A DNA stretch of 64,000 nt, taken from the NCBI GenBank assembly GCA_030295235.1, contig AP026127.1:1116001-1180000 (forward strand). Direction: 5' to 3'. The stretch is from Fistulifera solaris (taxonomy: Eukaryota). Both the position numbers and the translations under genes were made by a program. Position 1 is the stretch's first letter; each line of letters opens with the position of its first letter. Under the pieces are notes generated by a model, which searched no databases, was not told where the DNA came from, and worked only from the letters and a program-made list of their open reading frames with translations. Below are positions 42,752 through 55,737 of this stretch, in pieces.

Positions 42752-43061
42752 ATTTCCGCTTGTTGACCAACGACAAACACGACTTTTTCGAGCTTACTCC
42801 TCCGTCGTCTTGTTGTTATCCTGGTTGTACAATTAATGCAAGTCTAGCGGTCTACTTCGGTTAGAAACCCACAACGTGGATAGGACTTATAAACTCAAGA
42901 GTTATTTCCAAGCCTTAACATCAACAATCCAGCAGCCGGCAATTGCAATTGTTAATGCACCCTCTTGTTGCACCTCTGTGTCCCAAGGAAATAAATAATT
43001 TCCTTGCTGTGTCCGTCATGGGAGGAACTTTTTTGCCGCGTTTTCCCGTTTTCCCCGTTTA

Positions 43062-43297
43062 TACCGAGCGGCGAGCGGCACTCACGACCGTTATAACCAA
43101 CATAAAGTATCACAGCAAATTCTCACTATAAAATAATATCTTTGTTTTGTTACCGAGCGGTACTCACGAACGTTATAACCAACATAAAGTATCACAGCAA
43201 ATTCTCACTATAAAATAATATCTATGTTTTGTTACCGAGCGGTACTCACGACCGTTATAACCAACATAAAACATGACAGCAAATATTCTCACTATTA
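43062..43297. repeat. Tandem repeat, ~82-bp unit, ~3 copies
   Basis: taccgagcgg...ctcacgaccgttataaccaacataaa starts at 43062, 43151 and 43233. Confidence 0.92.
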
Positions 43298-43643
43298 GAA
43301 AATACTTACTAATTACGTAGTAGTGAGGATAAAAACTCGTCCGAAATCAAAAGTTTCCGTTGAACACGCGCGCACGCGAGCCCTAACTCTACTTTTATTT
43401 TTATAGTGGGATGGAGCAGCCTGCGTCACGTGTCACACCAAAGTGCAAGCTCGATCCGCCGGCGACCATACCCACACTGCAGTTAAACTGTACAACAGCA
43501 ACAGCAAAACAGCAAGCAAAAGCTTGTTCTGCTTCATCGAGGCATTTGCTTGATAAGCATTGCTTTATTATTTGCATTATAAACGACATCTTCCCAAATG
43601 AAGTCAAGTCAAAACACTCGAATTGATCTAACACCTCCACCGT

Positions 43644-46600
43644 ATGGCACTTCGCAGGATGTACGTGATGAATGGGCTTCTATTGTGTTCTTCCATTTTT
43701 TGGCGGCAACTTTCTTCTCTCACAATCGTTCTTTTGATAGGCGAACCTCACACAGACGCAAACATCGGAAATTTTGACTCAAAATCCGGATTTGACGCAA
43801 CTGGGTGACGACGATGGTGCCTTACTCTCACCGCTTCCGCCGTTTAGTCCGGGCGTGCTTCGCACTCTGCCGTGGGGTCGTTTGATGCCGACCCAAACGT
43901 CGCGACCCGCGTTCGATCTTTGCCGCGACAACCCAACGAATCCCAACCCGTAGGAGGTATTTCGTTCCTAGGAATTGAACACTTGCATCCCTCGGATGTC
44001 TTTAATGAGTATACGATCGGAAGAAGTCCCAAATGCGATCTGCGGGCCATCAAACCGGAGGATGGGTCGGATGTCGACGAAAACAATCGACAACAGTGGG
44101 CATACGGAGTTATATCCAATCGACACTGTCGGATTTTTTGTTGCTTAGATTCGAGCTTGACACAACCTGGAGTCACTTTGCCTCGAATGCAAGTCTTTTG
44201 GAAGATATGAGTGGAAATGGAACGATCGTCAACCAAACGACACTGTTGCGCCGAGGAGAGAAACGCATGCTACATACCGGGGACGAGATATGCTTGGTTA
44301 ATCCGCACACACTGAAAAAGAAGATACGTTCCGCGACGGTTTTAAAGGAGCTTCTCAGTCAGCACTCCTTTGTCTTTGTTAATTTGCATCAGCAGCAACC
44401 AGGATTCACGGCGCAGGTGTTAAAGTCGTGGCAGATGAATCCTCCGAGCACAGTGGCAAAAAGCGCAAGCCGGCGGTCAATGTCCGAGAAATTCGGCAAC
44501 ACTCGAACTATGTTGGAAAGTCGCCGGCAGGAGAGATTGTTGGTTGGAGAACTCTACAAAATCGACAAATGGCGAACAAAATGCCGGGCACTGGTCGACG
44601 TGTGGAAGAAGAATACGACATTCGAGATCTTTTGGGAAGTGGAACGGTAGGAGAGGTCAGAAGAGCGATTCATCGCAAAAGCGGCGAGGAACGAGCCGTC
44701 AAAATCATATCCATCGGAGGACGTAATCGAGGCTTAATGCAGGTTCAGCCGACGACAGCCTTGCAAGCAGAGGCAACCATTCTGCAAAAGCTCAAGCACC
44801 CCTACGTCGTACGATTGTTTGACGTGTATCCTCCAACTGCGTCGTCCAACAATATTTACTTGGTCATGGAGCTTCTTCATGGCGGCGATCTATTTGATCG
44901 GATTGTGGAAAAGGGAAGGTTTACCGAGACGGAAAGTCGCCGCGTGATGAGACGACTTTTGAACGCCATCCACTATCTTCATGAAGAATGCAATATCGTA
45001 CATCGTGACCTCAAGCCAGAAAATATCCTCTGTGTTCATCGCGGACTCGATCGTTGCATAGAAGTCAAAATTACTGATTTCGGGCTCGCGAAGGCAGTGA
45101 ATGGTTGCCAAGAATCACTTAAGACGTTCTGTGGCACTCCGCAATACTTTGCCCCGGAAGTTTTGAAGCGCCGAAGCACAGTAGCGGGACGCGGACGCTA
45201 TGGCAAACCGGCAGACATGTGGTCTTTAGGAGTTATTCTGTATGTTCTTCTTTCCGGGACGCAGCCTTTTGATGTGGAACTCGACGATGCAGCTAGCACC
45301 GACAGCCAAGGCGATGGAGACTCTAAGCGGGTTCAGTTTTCGAATGAGCATTGGGAAGGCATATCGGAATCTGCTCGCGACCTGATCCGCAAATTGCTTG
45401 TTGTTGATACGAATTCGCGCTTTACTGTTCAACAAGCATGCGACCACGAATGGATGTTAGTCGATGACGGCGATACGCATGTTCACCCCCTAAGCGACCC
45501 TGCGGTGGTGGAGTTTCGAAAGACTTTGTCACCGACAACGCGTAAAGTCGGTAACGAGGTGGACCTCATGAGCAAACTGTCGGTGGAAGATTCTGGCTCA
45601 AACAACGAGATGCCGTCGTCTCCCTTTATTTATCCAAATCGACCAAGCTCGCCTAATATTGAGAATCAGTCTATTGCTTCCGATGCTGTCGACGGATCGT
45701 GCCTACGAGAAAGCGGAACTGATCCCTTGGCGGCGGCCATGGATGTCAAAGAGGCTGAAAGCGATTCACTACAGACCAACGAAAGTCCTATGATGGTAGT
45801 CGTCGGTCCAGGTCCGGCGAATACATCTTGTTCGGTTGACGAAGGTATCGATGAAATGGCCGTCGAAGCTTGTACATTTAATGCTGACAACATGTCTCCC
45901 TCAAGTGCAGTTAAGAACCAGGTTGTGAATATGGAAGACATTTTGATCAGTGGAAATCGAAGCGAGGTCGTTTACGAAACACCGTCGGCGCCCGCGAATC
46001 TAGAATTGCAAGAGGAAGGGGGAAAAGTTGTTTTAAGCCACACGGCTCTTTCTTTAAAAAACTCAGGCGCTGATTGCGAAGAGGGCGGCTTGTCCGACAA
46101 CAAGATTAAAGAGTCGGTGCATAATGAGAACCTTGATTCACTCAAGGCAGCCAGAAATCTACTTGCTTTCTGTACACCAAGTGACAGGTCACGAGAGGTC
46201 TTTACAAAGAATGCCAAGGCCAAGGAAGAGCACCACCTTTCTTTGACGACCCGTCGTCCCCTCTCTCCTGTTCGAGGGCCAAACCAACCAGAGAATACTT
46301 TACAAAATGAAAACAATCTAACCACGCTCTTCGACGCATTGCCAACTCCGCCGACTTCGCATCGCAACCCTGCTAGAGTTTCTGATTTTCCAAACGATCG
46401 CGAGACTAAGCCACTTTACGAAGACGATGATGTCATGTCTTTCCCCAGCGATAGGGCTGAAAGTATAGCGTCCTTCTCATCTGCGAATTCAAAGCCTGGT
46501 CCCCACGAGATACGCGAACCATCCGAAAAAGCATCGAAGAAGCGCAAGGCAGATGCTGTCGATACCGCAAAACAAGACAATGGGGACACAAGCAGCGATC

Positions 46601-46707
46601 GAGCAGCAGTACACAAGCGAAGGAAGAAGCACCAGTCTGAAGTTCGACCCGCTTCTTTGAAAAGACAGACCACTCTTTCATCCTGGTTTACAAAAAGTAC
46701 AACCTAG
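43644..46707 (+). CDS. CHK2: CHK2/Dun1-like checkpoint kinase (TQ cluster, FHA, CAMK-type kinase)
   Basis: After intron ~43661-43740: LTQTQ..TQ..TQ, PWGRL, FHA motifs (IGRSPKCD, ISNRHCRI, LEDMSGNGT), kinase motifs (LGSGTVGEV, HRDLKPENIL, DFGLAK, TFCGTPQYFAPE). Frameshifts in the 5' part. Confidence 0.82.
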
Positions 46708-46873
46708 CCAGAGCAAAACTCATGAAGATAATTTTAATCTAGTTATGAAGAGATTGCATACAAATTACCTGGTAATGTCTAATTTATGTCAACACTCGTA
46801 TGCAATGTCATGTGCACCGCATTCGGTTCTGGTAGACTTGGGGCATTCGCTTCGTTATCCTTTCGTCGTTTTG

Positions 46874-47778
46874 TTAACGTGGCCCCGCTTGCAACCAGGG
46901 AATGTTTAGACGCGTGGAGCGCGAAACTGGCATCTCGCAGATTCGTTGCTTGACTCTCTGTCTCTCTCTTGTGAATGTACGGTGAAAGCAAGCCGGTGAA
47001 ACTCCCCGGTTTTCGTCGTATTCATTTGCTGATTCCAAAAACATACTCACGAGTGTGTCGGATCCCAACTGTTGTCGAAGAGCGTATAAAATCACCGAAG
47101 TGGCCAGTACTTGTGCCGCAAAGGTAGCTGATCCAGCCTCGACCATTTGGTTCTTATCCTGACGATGATTGCCGTTTGAACCGAAAATTTTGTAATGATT
47201 TTGCGACAGTACTTCCCGAAGCATCAACAAAGTACCGATAAAAGGTCTTTCGTCAAAACCTGTCTCCATCCTAGTAATAAATTTTCTATTAACCGCCCCA
47301 CTCATTGTTTTCAAAACTATATCCTGGCAGAACTTGCGCAGTGATTCACCGATCATCGACATGTGGGACTCGTTTTCTCCGCGTCGTTGATTGTCGCACT
47401 TAAGACCGGCGACGGCCAAGGTCCATCGCGTAAAGCGTGAGCGATAATCGATCCAGCGAGTAACACTTGCTGTTCCAGAGTCGGACTCATATGCCCCGAT
47501 TCGAATGAGGCGTTTTCCATCTCGTCGAGCGACGACGCAACATTTCTGATTGCAATCTCGTTAAATTTCTTTTGTGGCTGTAAGAGCGACGAGCTTGGTG
47601 GTCTCGGTAACACGACCGACTTTGGTTGTTTGGCATTCTTACTTCCCGTGGTGGACGAAACACCTTCGGTGTCATTGTGGGCATCTGCGCTGCACACATC
47701 ACCCTGATTGTCAGCACGATGACCTCTTTTTGCTTTACAAGTCTCCAACGCACTCTTCATCCTACTACATCTGCTCAC
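46874..47778 (-). CDS. Hypothetical protein
   Basis: ORFs 47353-47778 and 46874-47419 overlap and probably join through a frameshift; no known motif. Confidence 0.45.
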
Positions 47779-47920
47779 TTGCCACCGATCAAGCTACAGT
47801 ACACAATTACGAGTGAGGTGTTTAAATAGCAGTATTATTTTGCGATATGCATCGCCATGGGCCATGGTGCATGGCGGCGTTTTGTGGTGTGTGATTATTT
47901 CGAGTACCGGTACCAGGTCG

Positions 47921-48158
47921 AGTTAAAACCTGCCCCATGGTCTGTCCCTCCTCCGTTTTGACGCTCCTCTTCGCAATCATGATAATCGCAAACAACATCT
48001 GAGAAAAACGTTAAAACATTTAAAATAAATAAAACCAATCCGAATGCATTCAACACAAAAAAATCGCAGAGTAAAATTCGTTTGGCATCAAACGTTATGA
48101 AAGATGAAACGTGTAGTACGAAACGGATGGTCGGCAGACCGTGGGGCAGGTTTTAACT
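47921..48158. mobile_element. Small MITE-like element with ~38-bp imperfect TIRs
   Basis: agttaaaacctgccccatggtctg...tccgttt (47921-47958) versus aaacgga...cagaccgtggggcaggttttaact (48121-48158); A-rich interior. Confidence 0.75.
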
Positions 48159-48423
48159 TCTACGGAGTACTCCGTAATAAATTATTTCTGGTAGTTTGAA
48201 GTCACAAACACCCAGATTGTCTGGGAGAGTGAGAACACGCGCCCCCAGACTAACAAGCTACTATAGTCGAAAGTGTAACGATAACCTATCCTTGACTAAA
48301 ATTCCTCCGAGCGACAATGCTGCCGATCACTCATTCGTTCTTTCAGCAAATTATTTCAGCTCCAGTTGTCGTTGATGCAATGAAATAGTCTTTGGCAGCA
48401 TTTTCGTAACAAATTATTATAAC

Positions 48424-48980
48424 TTTACGTCGAAGAGCCATGCAAAACGTTGACTTCTCTATTTACTGGTCTGCCTTATTTTGCTATGGACCCAAAGTGT
48501 TGGTTTACGACGACCACGACTGCATTTCAGTCATGAATCAATATTCTTTCGAGCGACGGATGTTACCTACAAGTCGTTCGATCGCCCAATCTCTTGAACT
48601 TCATTTGTCATTGTTGCATTAAAACAGTCTTGAAAGTGTTGTCATTATACGTCATTATATTTACGTCGAAGAGCCTTGCGAAACGTGGTCTGTCTTATTT
48701 ACTATCGACCCAAAGTGTTGGTTTACGACGACCACGACTGCATTATTTCAGTTATGAATCAATATTCTTTCGAGCGACGGATGTTACCTGCACGTCGTTC
48801 GACCGCCCAGTTTCTTAAACTTCATTTGTCATTGTTGCATTAAAACAGTCTTGAAAGTGTTGTCATTATACGTCATTATATTTACGTCGAAGAGCCTTGC
48901 GAAACGTGGTCTGTCTTATTTTACTATGGACCCAAAGTGTTGGTTTACGGCGACCACGACTGCATCTCAGTCATGAATCA
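48424..48980. repeat. Tandem array of ~221-236-bp units (~2.5 copies)
   Basis: ttacgtcgaagagcc at 48425, 48661 and 48882; cccaaagtgttggtttacg occurs three times. Confidence 0.93.
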
Positions 48981-49490
48981 GGCTACGGTATTGGCAAGTA
49001 CGAGTGAAGTGTTTGAGGTTTGAGGCCGATGCTATAACTGGGGCCACGGTGTTTGTTGGCGTAATACTTGGTATGCGTTATGTGCTATGCTATGCATGAA
49101 TCTAATGTGCTATGCATCGAAAGTTCCAGATTTTCTGGGAAGGTGAAAACTGCACATGAGAAAACGACACCCCCAGATTTTCTGGGAACTTGTGAAATCG
49201 CATCATCCAGATTTTCTGGGGACGTGAGAACACAACACGCCCAGACTGCGAAAATACATAGTTTCCGTCATCACAAGCTGAGCAACGGTTGTATCAGATC
49301 AGGATAAGATGCAAATGTGAGGGAGTAAGAACTAACTATTTGATGTTTGTAAGTAAATAATGTGTTAATTAAGCACAGCTGTTGTGAATCCCGTTTATTC
49401 TTTCCAGCATGCCTTAAGCCATTCTAGCTAAATCATGGACGCTGATGCTGCTCTTGCTTCATACTTTGTACTCGAAAGCGGTAGAGGTCC

Positions 49491-52400
49491 TCAGCTGACT
49501 TTTGCGCCGCAAGGTGGAGCCGAAAGGAAGCCCTCGTCTTGTCTGTTTTCATCTGCGTTGTAAGAGCTTCTAATATAAGCTATGCAAAGTATTGATGAAA
49601 TCTTACAAAGAAGTCGCTCGCTGCTACTTCTTCCTAGGTAATGACAAGCACATGCCATTACCACGTATGCAATTTGCCAAACTTTGTAGAAAGTTTGATC
49701 TACATCCGCAAGTTGTTCATTGCACCCCAAAGACGAAACTTCAGCCACAATGCTTTTCAGTCTTCCACTTGTTTCCGCAGCGCAAAGGATCAGGAAATGT
49801 TTGTCAGAGGAAATGTCGACGTCCTCGCCGCTCGTAAGTGCGGCCTTTGTAGACAGATATCGGTAAGCTAGAGCATGCAAAGCTTTCGGTATTTTGTCAT
49901 TCCGTTCAACAAAAACAGCGGCCAAGTCGACTGTTTCATCACTAAGCATTTGTCGTAAGTACTCAAAGGAAAGCCGATTGCAAGTCGTCCCCGAACTAAA
50001 TTGGTATTGGCAAATTTTCGCATATCCCATGCTGTCTGAAGCGGCTCTAGATACCGAAACAAGTAGAGCTTCCAACTCGGATTGATAATTCACATCCTGT
50101 GGTTCCTCAAAAGATTTAAGTTGCAACATAGCAACGCGATGTCCAAGATCACGAAGAAGATTGACCCCAAGAGGGCACCACAATCTGGCACAAAGGGTCG
50201 TCTTACGCGTTTTCGCAACGTGTAATAAAATTCTTCAACAAGCTCCAACATGATCACATCTTTTACCCGGTAAGCTTGATTGGTGAGATCTTCCTTCTCA
50301 AGCTGATTGATAAGATCAAAGAGTGAAACATTGGAGGGAACACGGATGGCGCACAGTGATTCCGAGCACGCCTTGATCAAGTTCGACGTATCTTTACGCC
50401 TTCTGCTTTTCTTTTGAAAATCATTCAGTCTCTGTTCAGCAAGTTTCTTGAACCATAATATCCGAATAAAAGCGATCCACTGCAAATTTGTTAAAGATGA
50501 AGCGCCGCCTGGAAAATGGGATGACGAGCTAGCGACCAAAGCACTCAAAGGACCCCAGATATCATTCAGGACAAAGTCAACAATACAAACCAGCTTACGT
50601 AGAGACATAGTCGTGCAGATTCCATGAACAATAGATCGCAGATCGAAATTGCGAATTAGTCTCGTTCCCAGGTCATCATCAGAATGATCTCCCCGATGAA
50701 TATTCTTCAAGCCATATCCTTTTCGTTCTCGGACAGCTTCGTACATCACGCCATAGTTGGCTAGCAATTCAACCGTTTCTCCTGGTTTCATAACGCCATC
50801 CAACTGAACTACATATTTGATCATACGGTCATCATCTTCTCTTACAAGCACATTTGTCGTTATACCGGTATGTCTTACTTCGTTGATGTACATTGGGATC
50901 TCTGACCTTGCGGTAGCTTGTGGCTCGCCCGTTGTGTCGTCGGTAATGTCGCACACCTGTTGTACTCCAACTCTATCCTCACTGACACCAAAGCACCACT
51001 CTGCAGGAAAACCGCTAAAAAAGAACGACTTGAGCTGAAAGTGGTCTGAAAGTTTCAAATCTGTGACAACGAAGTGAGGTACAAGGGTGAAAAATAAGCA
51101 TTCTAACAAGTCTGATACTTACCACGAGGGCCAAGCGGACCATATGGGGAGTCGATTTCAAAGCATAGGTTGGGTCCTTTAGATAGAGCTGATGCATGAT
51201 TCAAGTCTTCCTCATGACTCTCTAGGCATTTTCCGACAATTCTAACACTAATCGTCTTCCCGCGTACTGTTGCCGGGGTAGCATCAGTGAATGGTGGCGC
51301 AATCATCATCTCCTTGTTCACTCTTCGAGCTCTTAAAAACGTCAAGAAAGCACCCCGGCCAGCACCAGGAACACTAGATTCTTTTGTATCCACCCGAAAT
51401 TCAAACATGACATCTAGCAAGGCCGCAGTGGGGTTGGCAACAGAGAGCAAAATACCGGTTATAAAATCATTCGCACTCAACTTACCTTCTGTATCTTGAT
51501 GAACTGAAAAGTTACGAACCGGATAGCCGTCGGGATCGGTCGATTTGCGGACCAAGGAAAGCTTTGAAACTGTGACATCCTGTTCCGGTCTGTCCAACTC
51601 CAGATCCGCATCCCAATCAGAGTCACTATCTGATTCTGTCGACGCGAAAGGAAAACCAAATAAAAGTTGTGGACAGGAGTCTGCGTCATGTTCATCAGAA
51701 AAAGGTAATGATAGTTGTGATCCACTTAGCAAATTCTCGTCTTCATCTTGTACACTCGTGGCAGATTGCAAAAGTGCGCTGTCGGCTCTTCAGCCGTTGA
51801 CGACTTCACAGATTCCCCAGTAAGAAGTCGCTTCTGTATTGCATTCGAATTGTTTTTCAACTGAGCCCTTTTCGGTTTAGCATTTTCTTTCAAGTTGTTG
51901 TGTACGCTGGTAGATTCTCGCAATACTGCATTCTCCACGCTTTTGAGGTCGCCAGCGAAGTTTGACCCGGCACTTGTTATTGATCTTGTCGTTGATCTTG
52001 TCTTTCGTCGGTCCCAATTCTCGGGATTTTGAAGCTTTTGAAGGCGTGTACGTGGCGAATGAGCAGCAGGCAATGACGAAAGTGTATTCAAGCTCTTCTC
52101 TCTGATACCGAAACCTCTTTCAACATCCGAATTTCGTTCCGAAATGATTCCATCACGACAACAATTCTGCACGTTCTGGTTAATTGCAGTTTGGACTCCC
52201 TTTTCTCGATTCCCAGATGCCTTATGCTCCGCGACAAATTCTGGAGTGCCAACTGGGGTCTCCGACACCAGATGCGGTGATACTTTCAGGTTGTTGTGTA
52301 CGCTGGTAGATACTCGCAATACTGTATTCTCCACGCTTTTGAGGTCGCCAGCGAAGTTTGACCCGGCACTTGTTATTGATCTTGTCGTTGATCTTGTCTT

Positions 52401-53078
52401 TCGTCGGTCCCAATTCTCGATATTTTGGCGCATTTGAAGTCGCGTACGTGTCGGTTGAGCAGCAGGCAAAGATGAAAGTGTTTTTAAACTCTCCTCTCTG
52501 ATACCGAAACCTCTTTCCACATACAAATTTCGTTCCGACTTGATTCCATCATGACAACAATTCTGCTCTTTCTGATTAAATGCAGCTTGAACTCCCTCTT
52601 CTCGAGTCTTAGATGCCTTATGCTCCGCGACCAACTCTGGAGTACCTACTGGGGTCTCCGACACCAGATGCGGTGATGCTATTAGGATGTCGTCCAACTC
52701 GAGTGATTCTTCGTCGCATGGCGGTCGTAGCTCTTGTGTCTCCCGTTGTGGTTGCATTGGCGCTTGGCTGTTTTCCAAAACTTCTTTCGTCACCAAGATA
52801 TTGCTATTCTGAGGTGGAGGATCCTGGTGCATGTCTTCGAGAAGCGGCATGGAATCCCCGCCTGCGACATCAACTTGATTCCCAGAAACAATCTGCTCCA
52901 GATTCCGGCGTAAATCATTTACGAACAAGTCAAAACAACTAAGGCAGGCGATTCGTTCGTCAACCGAGTCAAAACGATCCATAGCCTGAAGAGTGGCTTC
53001 GATGAAAATGCAGAGCATTAGCACACACGCGAAGTGCAAGAAGCTCCCGATTATTTCTTCCCCGATCGCTTTCTCCAT
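49491..53078 (-). CDS. Large protein with divergent SET-like domain
   Basis: ORFs 51726-53078, 51103-51771, 50090-51109 and 49491-50183. SET-like motifs SSVPGAGRGAF, PMYINE and GETVELLANYG..YE; probable intron ~51015-51122. Confidence 0.6.
51888..52677. repeat. In-frame 396-bp tandem duplication inside a CDS
   Basis: gttgttgtgtacgctggtaga at 51894 and 52290; ggggtctccgacaccagatgcggtgat at 52255 and 52651. Confidence 0.95.
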
Positions 53079-53799
53079 TGCAATACGATATTACAGCTTT
53101 CGATTGACAAGTGAGCACTTAATTGGGACGCAAACGAGAATGTATATGACAACATTTGCGACAAGGTGATCATAAGTTGTTGGGAGGTCACTATAAAGGC
53201 TGGGATGATTTTGGAAACACGACGAGTGTTGCAATGGAGAAATGGGTCGCGTCGTCGCTCTAGTGAATTAATAACACAATGTCACAACGGCGCTGTTGCA
53301 ATATTTGGAAAACCACAAGGTACCCAAACGCTTAGTAAAAAACACCTAAGCAAGTTGTGTATTTAAATTAAACAGTACCGGGATGAATAGAGGACGGTTT
53401 ATGATTTCCGTTTTCCTTATTTTCCATGCTTCTATTATTTTTCTGTTACTCAAACACTCCATCCTTGAAGAGTTCTATAAGAGATTTGCATTGCCATACT
53501 TGATTTGTAGCGGTTATGATTTGAAAGGATGACACACCAACTCGGCAGCGCGCCGCCGGATTCTCCTTCCAGTCACCGCCGTGCACAAGGCAGGCGGAGC
53601 GAGCCAGATGAGCTCGCTCCGCACCTCTGCTGCTAACGGCTTTCTGGATTTCGGGATCCCACGCCGTTTCGCGACGCCGGCCTCGCTCTTGCTTTTGGGA
53701 AATTTACCTCGTTTTGACACTGTCACACAATTCTTACTGCATCAATTGCTTTGCAACATCTCCTTTGAAAAGTGTATTAGTGTACGTTGAAGAATCATC

Positions 53800-55737
53800 A
53801 TGATCCTTACGTACATCCTAACGAGCTCAAAATTGCTGGCGCGCGTAATGGGTGTCCCGTTAGAAGCAGATGATGGAGTCACATTGACGATCATATCGGT
53901 CATGAACTGTGCGATCCATGCGTGCATCTTGCCGCCCTGGCTCTTCGCAAAACATCAGTCGATGATGGTAGAATTCGTGGTCAATGGCCGAATCGCCTAC
54001 CGTCCCAGTTTCCCTATTATATCGTCGCCTGTCACTGAACCGGCACAAGATGGTGATGTCGTTGATGAAACTCAAAAAGCTTCTGAACTGGGTCAATCAC
54101 GTGTCATGTCTTCCGCGTCGGGAAAGCCAACAACTCCAAACAATGATCCTTATCTCGGAAATGAAGCTCTGGATTCCAACGATGGGGCTCAACGAAAGGA
54201 ACAAGAATTGACCGCAATTATAAGTAGTGCTATCGACCGAGAAGTTGAGGATTTTTCGATTTTATTGAGTGAGGAGAAGGTATCCACCCTAAAGGCGTAC
54301 TGTCACGGCCTGTTTCCCAATGAGACTCAAACGGTAAGAATTGCTTGTTGAAATTGTGCTGCCCTTTCGGTTTCCTGGCACACTCTCTCACAAGCAATAC
54401 GTCATACAGGATACTGTCCTTCCTCCTCTCTTTTCTCTATTCTATCTATCGACGAAAACCATTTTTGATGACAGCGACCTTGTCCTGAGTCTCCTTCGCG
54501 CTTTTGTGGAAGTAGAAGCTGTGTCGGCGGACCCATTTTACGGCGTTATCAACAAAAGAGGAAAGGGTGTTGTCTTCAGTTCTCACGACTGTTCGTCCGT
54601 TCTAGCCCCAGTCGATGGAGAGGGTGAAGGCTCGGCTGAACACCAGCACAAAGCCGTGAATGCTTTGAAGGACGTAATTCATCGTGTCAAAGCAATGACG
54701 GATACAATTGACGAAGAAATGTTGAACACTGTTGTTTCACAGATGAAAGCTTTGATTCGCTTTCTTGATGCTTCCGAACTTCATTCCTTTTTACTGGAAG
54801 AGGGCATTAGGGGTGAACGAAGTGTTGGAACCAAGCGAATTACGAAACTTATCGGAATCTATAAGAGAGAATGTGAAAAGGTGCTGCATCGCATACTTGA
54901 AAAGATCATGAAACCGACCTTTTACTTGCAGAGCAGCGGCTGATTGAAAAGCTTGGCCAGGGCATTCGATACTACCTTCGGAAACGGTTCAAGAAATGCC
55001 CCCTCCTGATACAAAGTTGACGCCTAAGCAAATGCGTGCGTACAAGAAACAGAAAAAGGACTTTTCTCAAGTCGCGGAACTGGTGTCCATAACATTCTCG
55101 CGGACGGTCGACGATGTCGAAGAACAAGATGAATTCATAGCAACGCTTGTTTCGACGGCACTGTTTCATATACAAAACTTTTTCGGGCTCGAAAGTCTAC
55201 TTGACAAGAATTCGCAGAACCTGTTGCTCAAAGCCTCTTTTTCGAGCACCCAGACCTCAGCTTCCCGATGACAAGAATTCCCACAACCCTCGATAATGAA
55301 CAGTTCGCTCAGATACTGGCCGAGATACAATATGCGTACATGTTCTTGACTGCTGAGAAAGCATGTCAGTTTCTTGTAAGTCTTTGGACTGCGCCTGGTG
55401 TAAGCGAAGAACTTCAACGCCAGGGGGGCTGGTCAAAGCTCGAGGATTACGCTTCTTCCTTATGGGGACTTGGGCTATGGAAACTTTGTCCTGACAATTC
55501 TCATCTAGCCGCTCTGGCCATCACGACTATCTTTTGAAACTTCTTCAAGAGCTCTGCATGAAAATGGCTCCGCTAGTTACATTATGTAAGGACGAGCTTG
55601 AACACCTCGAAAAACGTTTTCGTATTATAACGAAAAGTAAAAATGTTTTGATGAAGTATCCGCAGATTGTTGACCTCAGGTTGATGTTGGATACCGAGAA
55701 AGAACGCTATGAAGATGTGCCGGAGATTGTAATCTAG
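53800..55737 (+). CDS. Hypothetical protein, fragmented; true start uncertain
   Basis: Chain of same-strand ORFs 53800-54351, 54341-54943, 54996-55271, 55268-55537 and 55534-55737; probable intron ~54333-54408. Confidence 0.5.
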
